From: Comamonadaceae bacterium
GTDB lineage: Bacteria > Pseudomonadota > Gammaproteobacteria > Burkholderiales > Burkholderiaceae_C
Reading direction: 5' to 3'
NCBI GenBank assembly: GCA_947478725.1
Contig: CANJWZ010000017.1
Span: 5,901 to 69,900 of the forward strand
Length of the DNA: 64,000 nt
Positions 57,720 to 64,000 of this stretch are shown here, one piece after another. Each line of letters opens with the position of its first letter. Within the stretch, counting starts at the first letter, position 1. The translations under genes and the position numbers were made by a program. The notes below the pieces were generated by a model that was given only the letters and a program-made list of their open reading frames with translations, was not told the origin of the DNA and did no database searches.

Positions 57720-57869
57720 CTTCCACAATTCGTGGCGTATTTCAGGCGCGGCCGTCGCGGGCTGCAATTTGAAGCGTTCGAAGCCCTTTTTACCCCGGTC
57801 AGCGCCAGTACCAAGGTTCATGATGACATGTGCATGGCGAGATATCGCCCATTGACAAAATCGCTGTCT

Positions 57870-57898
57870 TTGACACTTGGTCAACACATCCCTAGAAT
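57870..57898 (+). promoter_or_regulatory. Near-consensus sigma-70 promoter with operator palindrome
   Basis: TTGACA-17-TAGAAT; TTGAC-N5-GTCAA overlaps the -35. Confidence 0.75.
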
Positions 57899-57904
57899 TT
57901 GACC

Positions 57905-58645
57905 ATGGAGTCAAAGATGCAAACACCTGAGGGGTGTGATTTTGCGGAAACCGCCGTTGCCAGCGCCCGGTTGTGGAGCGGAAGGCGGATGCCCAAAGAT
58001 TTGCGGCGGGCGCAAATCCTGCGCAGTGTTGGTGACGTGCTCAGCGCTTCGCGCTTGTCCTCGCTCAGCATGGTCGACATCGCAGCCCGGCTAGGCATCA
58101 CCAAGGGCAACCTTTACTACTACTTCAACGACAAGCAGGACATCCTCTACCACTGCCACATGCGAAGCGTTGGCATCAGCCTTGATGCGCTGGCCACGCT
58201 CGACCCAGCTGACAGCCCCGATCAGCAACTGCGCCTGCTGCTGGTGCGCCACATCATGGGCATCATCGATGGCGGTATGGCTGGCGTGCTGCTGACCGAT
58301 CTGGAAAGCCTGAGCGAGCAGCAGCGAGAAAGCTACGTGAAGCGCCGTGATGAGTTCGAGGCTGGCGTGCGTCGGCTGATCAAGGCCGGCGTTGAACAAG
58401 GCGTCATGGCCTGCGCCGATGTCAATCTGGCAGGGCGAACAATATTGGGCGCGATCAACTGGATACCCAAATGGTATTGCCCAAGCGGCCCGCTCAGCTC
58501 CAAAGAAATTGCAACAGGAATGGCAGATCAACTGGTGCGATCGGTTCAGCCGGCGCATCCTTTGGATAGACGCCCTAGGACCAAGGCCGCCAAAGCGACC
58601 CCGAAAGTCACAGCAAAACCGGATGCAAGATTGCCGTCGCTATAA
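57905..58645 (+). CDS. TetR/AcrR-family regulator
   Basis: HTH SMVDIAARLGITKGNLYYYFNDKQDIL; alternative start at 57989. Confidence 0.9.
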   Translation: MESKMQTPEGCDFAETAVASARLWSGRRMPKDLRRAQILRSVGDVLSASRLSSLSMVDIAARLGITKGNLYYYFNDKQDILYHCHMRSVGISLDALATLDPADSPDQQLRLLLVRHIMGIIDGGMAGVLLTDLESLSEQQRESYVKRRDEFEAGVRRLIKAGVEQGVMACADVNLAGRTILGAINWIPKWYCPSGPLSSKEIATGMADQLVRSVQPAHPLDRRPRTKAAKATPKVTAKPDARLPSL

Positions 58646-58682
58646 GACGGTCAAGATGTCAAACAGGACGAGATACAAAACC

Positions 58683-59120
58683 ATGGATATTCAAATCGGC
58701 GACATCTTCCACGGCCCCTCTAAAACGCTTACAGATGCCCACTTTCTGCTGTTTTCAGGCGTGACGGGCGACGTGCACCCGATCCATTACGACATTGAAT
58801 ACGCCAAGCAGAGCCATCACGGTAAACCGTTAGCGCACGGCCTCCTCCTGTCGTCTCTGACGGCACTGGGCGCCTCATCGGGGCGCGATTTGATCGAGGG
58901 CTTCATTTTTGTCGAGCAGGGCTGCCGGTTTCTGATGCCGGCGATGGTTGGCGATACGGTGCGACCGGAGTTCTTAGTCGAAAAAATATGGGCCGAAGAG
59001 CACCGACGCTTTTGCCGCTTCACGACGAGCCTGAAAAACCAGCGCGGCGAAAGACTGCTCGAAGGTTTTCATATTTACCGCGTGATGGAACATAAATCAA
59101 CCGAGGGCCGTGGCCTATGA
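58683..59120 (+). CDS. MaoC-like dehydratase
   Basis: FSGVTGDVHPIHYD, AHGLL, MVGDTV. Confidence 0.88.
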   Translation: MDIQIGDIFHGPSKTLTDAHFLLFSGVTGDVHPIHYDIEYAKQSHHGKPLAHGLLLSSLTALGASSGRDLIEGFIFVEQGCRFLMPAMVGDTVRPEFLVEKIWAEEHRRFCRFTTSLKNQRGERLLEGFHIYRVMEHKSTEGRGL

Positions 59121-59563
59121 CGCAGGAACGTGAAGTATTGACTGCTGGCAAGGCGTGGCCTGCCCACTACACCTATGTGCCTGCGTTACGCGTAGGCAAC
59201 ATGATCTGGTTTTCCGGCACGACAGGCACTGACGACACTGGCAAGATCACCGCCCCTGGCGACATCGCCGAACAGACACGGCAAATTTTCCGAAAATTCG
59301 AGGCCTTGTTGAAGTCAGCAGGCGGCTCATGCGACGACATCGTCCAGACCCATGATTTTTTCACCACCACCGAAAACTACAAGGCCACCGCCGCAGTGCG
59401 CCGCGAGTTCTTCAAGAACGCGGTCCCCACCTCCGCCGGGGTACTGGTCGCCGGATTGTTGCGCAAGGATGCGCTGATAGAGATTTCTGCAGTCGCTGTG
59501 CTGCGCAGCTCGCTTGTGGGGGCCGACCATGCATTCAGCCAGCCTGTGCGAGCGGCGTCATGA
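59117..59563 (+). CDS. Rid/YjgF-family protein
   Basis: IWFSGTTG, QTRQIF, LIEISAVA. Confidence 0.85.
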   Translation: MTQEREVLTAGKAWPAHYTYVPALRVGNMIWFSGTTGTDDTGKITAPGDIAEQTRQIFRKFEALLKSAGGSCDDIVQTHDFFTTTENYKATAAVRREFFKNAVPTSAGVLVAGLLRKDALIEISAVAVLRSSLVGADHAFSQPVRAAS

Positions 59564-60798
59564 GACAAACGGGACAGCAGGTTTCGCCTCAGCCAGGCAT
59601 GCTGGCAGGGCTTGTCGTTGTCGATTTGACGACGGTGGTGTTTGGCCCGCTGACCACGCAGATACTGGCCGACTATGGCGCCGATGTCATCAAAATAGAG
59701 CCCCCCGGCGGCGACACCATGCGCCATGCCGGCTGTTCGACTGTCAAAGGCATGGGTGCGATTTTCCTGAACTTAAATCGTGGGAAACGCTCGGCCTGCG
59801 TAGACCTGAAAACAGCGGGCGGGCTTGAAGTGATGTTGCGGCTGTTGAGCAAGGCCGACGTGTTTGTGCACAACGTTCGGCGCGGCGCGATGGACCGGCT
59901 GGGCCTGTCTTATGCCGCCGTATCTGCCATCAATCCGAAAATTCTTTACTGCACGGCAACCGGGTTTTCAGAAAACAACAGCCGCGCCGACGCGGCGGCG
60001 ATTGACGATGTCATACAGTCTGCCGCCGGGATTGCATCGCTCAATGCAAATGCCGATGGCGTCCCCCAATTTGTGCAAATGCTGCTGGCCGACAAGGTTG
60101 CAGGCCTCGGATTAGCGTGTGCGGTTTTGGCCGCCTTGCACCGGCGTTCGGTGACCGGTAAAGGCGGGCTGATAGATGTCCCCATGTTTGAAACGCTTGC
60201 TGGCTTCACCTTACTCGAGCACTTGCAGGGCGAGAGTTACGAGCCAGCCATAGGCGGCGTCGGCTATCCCCGCGTCATGGCAGGCGGCGGGCGGCGCGTA
60301 TACCGCGCAAGAGACGGCTACTTGTCCATGACGCCGTACAGTGGCCCGCAATGGGCAGAATTTTTTCGCGAGACCGGCCGGCCGGAGTTGGCGACGGATG
60401 CTCGCATTACCGATCCGGCAACGCGCAATGCGCATGTGTCAGAGCTTTATGACTTGATTGCAGCTGTCGCCGGTGATCGCAGCGTGCAGGAATGGGTGGC
60501 TTTGGCCGCGCGCTTGGGCTTTCCAGCACAACGCGTCAACGCACTGGCCGATGTCGCCGTCGATCCAGACTTGCAGCGCTCGGGCGCGCTGGTCACCCGC
60601 AACCATCCAGGCCTAGGCAAAACCCGGATGCTGGCTTCTCCCGGTTTTTTTGATGGCAAACCCGCTCGCCACCCTGGACTGGCGCCCAAACTTGCGGAGC
60701 ATACCGCGCAGATCCTGGCAGAAGTCGGCTTCACACAGGCCGAGGTCGATGCCCTCGCCGCAGACCGTGCCATTAGCCTGGGAGAGGCGCTTTCATGA
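59560..60798 (+). CDS. CaiB/BaiF family III CoA-transferase
   Basis: LADYGADVIKIEPPGGD, LNRGKRS, IDDVIQ, APKLAEHT. Confidence 0.92.
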   Translation: MRQTGQQVSPQPGMLAGLVVVDLTTVVFGPLTTQILADYGADVIKIEPPGGDTMRHAGCSTVKGMGAIFLNLNRGKRSACVDLKTAGGLEVMLRLLSKADVFVHNVRRGAMDRLGLSYAAVSAINPKILYCTATGFSENNSRADAAAIDDVIQSAAGIASLNANADGVPQFVQMLLADKVAGLGLACAVLAALHRRSVTGKGGLIDVPMFETLAGFTLLEHLQGESYEPAIGGVGYPRVMAGGGRRVYRARDGYLSMTPYSGPQWAEFFRETGRPELATDARITDPATRNAHVSELYDLIAAVAGDRSVQEWVALAARLGFPAQRVNALADVAVDPDLQRSGALVTRNHPGLGKTRMLASPGFFDGKPARHPGLAPKLAEHTAQILAEVGFTQAEVDALAADRAISLGEALS

Positions 60799-61238
60799 GC
60801 AACTTTTATGAGGACTTTGAAGTCGGCGCTATCCACACGACCCGAAGCCGCCTGGTGACCGACGCCGACCATGACGCCTTCTGCAAGCTGGTTGGCTACG
60901 ACGTACCACTGTTTCTGGACAATGCCTATGCGCAGGATCGGGGGCTGGCTGGTCGTATCTGTCCCAGCCACTTGGTGATGTCCTTCTCAACCGCAATGAC
61001 GGGCGGTCTGTTCGCAGACAGTGTGATTGCGCTGGCAGGGATAGAGAACGCCAAGTTCCTGCGAAACGTCAGCCCCGGTGACACGCTGAGCACTGAGGTC
61101 GAGGTCATGAGCAAACGTCTGACTTCCAAACCCGATCGCGGCCTTGTGGTCTTTCGCGACCATGTCTACAACCAACATGGCCAGGAAGTTTTTCGCAACG
61201 ACAAACACGCTCTTATCAAGCGCCGTGCTGGGGCTTGA
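60795..61238 (+). CDS. MaoC-like dehydratase
   Basis: YEDFEVG, PLFLD, VSPGDTL hot-dog fold. Confidence 0.85.
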   Translation: MSNFYEDFEVGAIHTTRSRLVTDADHDAFCKLVGYDVPLFLDNAYAQDRGLAGRICPSHLVMSFSTAMTGGLFADSVIALAGIENAKFLRNVSPGDTLSTEVEVMSKRLTSKPDRGLVVFRDHVYNQHGQEVFRNDKHALIKRRAGA

Positions 61239-61276
61239 GCCGCATCTGAAATTTAGTCTATCAACACAAGCACAAG

Positions 61277-61690
61277 ATGAAGAAAACCGCTGCAACCCCA
61301 CCCGACGTTAAAACAAATCGTCACTACGTCGTGCGCCCGCAGGAGATGGCGTCCTACTCGCCAGCAAACCACACCGGAACAAAAAACACCCGACTGGTGT
61401 CCGCCGCGCTGAACGGCGCGCAGCACATGGAGGTGGTGCTGGGCGAGGTCGACAAGGGTGCTGGCGTTTCTATGCACGCCCACCCGGGTATGGAGCAGGC
61501 GCAGTATTTCATTGAGGGCGAGGCAGAAGTCGTCATCGATGGTGAGCTTTATCACGCGCGTGCCGGTGACTTGTGCTTTTTCCCGGCTGATGTCTTTCAC
61601 TCGGTGCGCGTGACAAGCGAGCGAATGAAAGTGCTGATCATCTATTCGCCCCCTTACGCGGAAGACCCCGCCAAAATTGTTCGTCAATAA
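61277..61690 (+). CDS. Cupin-domain protein
   Basis: HAHPGMEQAQY and FFPADVFH cupin motifs. Confidence 0.88.
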   Translation: MKKTAATPPDVKTNRHYVVRPQEMASYSPANHTGTKNTRLVSAALNGAQHMEVVLGEVDKGAGVSMHAHPGMEQAQYFIEGEAEVVIDGELYHARAGDLCFFPADVFHSVRVTSERMKVLIIYSPPYAEDPAKIVRQ

Positions 61691-61706
61691 GCCTCTGGAG
61701 CCTGAA

Positions 61707-62693
61707 ATGCAAATGAAACTGAAACTGAAACTGAAAATAAATGGCATTGCCACTGTCGCGCTCACATCACTCATGCTGTTCACAGCAACCCAGGCCTTGG
61801 CGCAGGCCTACCCGACGAAGCCCATACGCATGGTGGTCGGTTTTGTCGCAGGGGGTCCAACCGACGCTCTGGCACGGCTTTACGCGCAACGGCTCAGTAC
61901 AGTGCTCGGCCAGCAGGTCACCGTCGACAATCGCGGCGGCGCCGATGGCGTCATCGCCGCAGAACTTGTCTCCAAGGCCATCCCCGACGGCTACACGATC
62001 TATTTCGCGTCGGCAGGTCATGCCATCAACGCCAGCTTTTACCCCAAGGTTCCCTATCGCACGATTGAAGATTTTGCGCCTGTGACGATGGTCGGCGAAT
62101 CGCCCAACATCATCGCAGTCACCCCCTCTTTACCCGTCAAGGACCTGCGCGAGTTCATCGCCCTGGCAAAAGCCAAGCCCGGCGCTCTGAACTACGGCGC
62201 CACGTCAAGCCCAACACTGCTGGCGACCGAGCTTTTCGACCAGATGGCAGGTATCCAGATTACTCGCATCCCTTTCAAGGGTGCAGCACCAGCCATGACC
62301 GCAGTCATCGCCGGTGACGTTCAGTTGGTTGTCTCGGGTATAGGAACCACGCTGCCGCAAGTCAAGGCAGGCAAGCTCAAGGGCTTGGCTGTGACGAGTG
62401 AGAAACGCTCGCCGCTTGCGCCAGAGATCCCGACGGTGTCTGAACTGGGCATCAACTATGTTGCAACGACCTGGTATGGGGTACTGGCGCCAGCGGGTAC
62501 GCCTAAAGCAGTGATTGACCGTCTGAACAGCGCATCGCGCACCTTGATTGAAGACCCGGAAACCAAGGCTTTGGCGACCCCGCAGGGCGTGGAATTGACC
62601 GCATCGACGCCGGAAGAGTTCGGCAACTTCATGCGCAGAGAAGTCACGCGCTGGGCCAAGGTTGTCAAGGATGCTGGCGTCAAGGCCGAATAA
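61707..62693 (+). CDS. Bug/TctC-family solute receptor
   Basis: YPTKPIRMVVGFVAGGPTD, VDNRGGADG, PFKGAAPA; start at 61707 or 61713. Confidence 0.92.
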   Translation: MQMKLKLKLKINGIATVALTSLMLFTATQALAQAYPTKPIRMVVGFVAGGPTDALARLYAQRLSTVLGQQVTVDNRGGADGVIAAELVSKAIPDGYTIYFASAGHAINASFYPKVPYRTIEDFAPVTMVGESPNIIAVTPSLPVKDLREFIALAKAKPGALNYGATSSPTLLATELFDQMAGIQITRIPFKGAAPAMTAVIAGDVQLVVSGIGTTLPQVKAGKLKGLAVTSEKRSPLAPEIPTVSELGINYVATTWYGVLAPAGTPKAVIDRLNSASRTLIEDPETKALATPQGVELTASTPEEFGNFMRREVTRWAKVVKDAGVKAE

Positions 62694-62873
62694 TCTGCCC
62701 TCAACCAGGACCTCTGCCAAAGATACCGAGTCACCTTTAAAACTCTGTCGGCACTACTCCACTCCGCTATTTTCTGAGGTTTGACTACCTGCGGTCTGGA
62801 CCCTTGTTCATACGCCACAAGCTTTGTTTTCGAGGCATGCTGTCGCCACTAATCTTTTGCACAGTGAAGTTAT

Positions 62874-63968
62874 TCAGCTCGGGGAAGGGTTCGAATAAAG
62901 GCCGTGGCGAGGCTGGACACCCGCAAGTACGTCCCTGATATTTTCCAGGACTTCGATGACTTCATCCGCGATCGCGAGTCGCGAACCGCCACCCAGGTGA
63001 GGCGTCAGCACGACGTTCGGAAGGCTGAGAAACGGATCTGAACTCGGCCTTGGTTCCCTGCGGTGGACATCCAGGCCGGCACCGGCAATGCCACCCGAAG
63101 CAAGCGCGTAATACAGAGCATCCTCATCAAGCAACTGACCACGACTGGTGTTGATGAAAAAGGCAGTCGGTCGCATCTTCTGGAATTTCGACGCGTTCAT
63201 GAACGACTCGTTTTCGGCGCTGTTGTTCAGATGCAGGGATACGAAGTCCGAGCTCTTGAGCAGGTCGTCCAGGCTTACATGGTGAATGCCCAATGCATGC
63301 TCCTCTTCGATCGGACGCCGGGTGCGGCTGTAGTAGATCACCCGCATGCGCAGCCCGCGTACGGCTTCGGCCACCATGGTTCCTACCTCGCCCATTCCGA
63401 TGATTCCAAGCGTACGGCCGTACAAGCCAGAGAGATTCGTCAGCGGTACCCAGTTGTATTGGACACTACCATCCGCGCTTTCGTGTGCCGGGCTCATGCC
63501 TTTGCGAACCGCCGCATCGGCAGCAAGGAGCCGCTTCCCCAGGGCCAGCATCAGGAGGACGACATGTTCGGCTGCAAAAATCAAGGTGCGTCTTGGCAGG
63601 CATGCGATCGACACATTTTTTTCCGCGGCAGCCATGAGGTCTATGCGATGCGGATGCGAACCCAGTTTCTGGATCAACCGGAGTCCTGGACTTGCCTCGA
63701 TCAGCTCCCTGGTCACGACGCCCCTGCGAAGCAGGAAGACCGTGGCACCGGTGATTTTGTCTTGCGGCTCGATTACTTCGATTGCATCTAGGTCCACGAT
63801 CTGCTTCGCAATCGACCACAGCCGATCGAGATCGCAGACCTCTGGCGCAAAAAATGCCTCCAGCTCACGGCGTGTGTTCGTTGAATCTCCCACAAGCACA
63901 TTGCGAACTACGCGCAGAACATGGTCGTTGTCCAAGACTGCAATTCTTGCGCGCTTAGATTCGTTCAT
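62874..63968 (-). CDS. D-isomer-specific 2-hydroxyacid dehydrogenase
   Basis: GIIGMGEVG, FINTSRG, AGLDV, TPHLGG. Confidence 0.9.
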   Translation of the reverse strand: MNESKRARIAVLDNDHVLRVVRNVLVGDSTNTRRELEAFFAPEVCDLDRLWSIAKQIVDLDAIEVIEPQDKITGATVFLLRRGVVTRELIEASPGLRLIQKLGSHPHRIDLMAAAEKNVSIACLPRRTLIFAAEHVVLLMLALGKRLLAADAAVRKGMSPAHESADGSVQYNWVPLTNLSGLYGRTLGIIGMGEVGTMVAEAVRGLRMRVIYYSRTRRPIEEEHALGIHHVSLDDLLKSSDFVSLHLNNSAENESFMNASKFQKMRPTAFFINTSRGQLLDEDALYYALASGGIAGAGLDVHRREPRPSSDPFLSLPNVVLTPHLGGGSRLAIADEVIEVLENIRDVLAGVQPRHGLYSNPSPS

Positions 63969-64000
63969 GGTTCATTTTTCTCCTGTCTCAGCAGCCTTCG

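Noticed and set aside
57760-57850. HAHVI peptide on the minus strand suggesting an HUH relaxase or Rep
   Set aside because: An isolated motif in an ORF that is otherwise antisense to amt; no catalytic Tyr context.
61715-61736. GAAACT x3 tandem repeat (KLKLKL) as a phase-variation tract
   Set aside because: The unit is a multiple of three and lies in a signal-peptide region, so slippage would not switch expression.

Overview
Betaproteobacterial chromosome segment, Comamonadaceae-like by gene content (an inference). A GC-rich nitrogen-assimilation backbone (nasT, nitrate ABC transporter, gdhA, ntrBC, glnA, amt) and housekeeping genes (rsuA, tadA, MsbA-like ABC transporter, basic amino-acid decarboxylase) are interrupted by four accessory blocks. 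(1) Two convergent toxin-antitoxin pairs at 4.3-5.8 kb. (2) A roughly 14-kb variable region after tRNA-Ser(GGA), with an eroded iorAB-like operon, a coxMSL-like molybdo-hydroxylase, vapBC, a cytoplasmic S8 protease and a type III restriction-modification locus; its res gene is frameshifted and a relic of a second mod gene is present. (3) A complete type II-C CRISPR-Cas cassette: predicted tracrRNA, cas9 of 1040 aa, cas1, cas2, and 22 identical repeats with 21 spacers. It lies between two 211-bp direct copies of the rsuA 3' end, with no integrase in the window. (4) Two CoA-dependent catabolic clusters at 47.5-55.6 kb (AT-richer) and 57.9-64 kb. The strongest leads are the rsuA-bracketed Cas9 cassette, its RNA architecture, and the S8 protease inside the RM locus. 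All alignments and base counts were done by eye; no database search was run.
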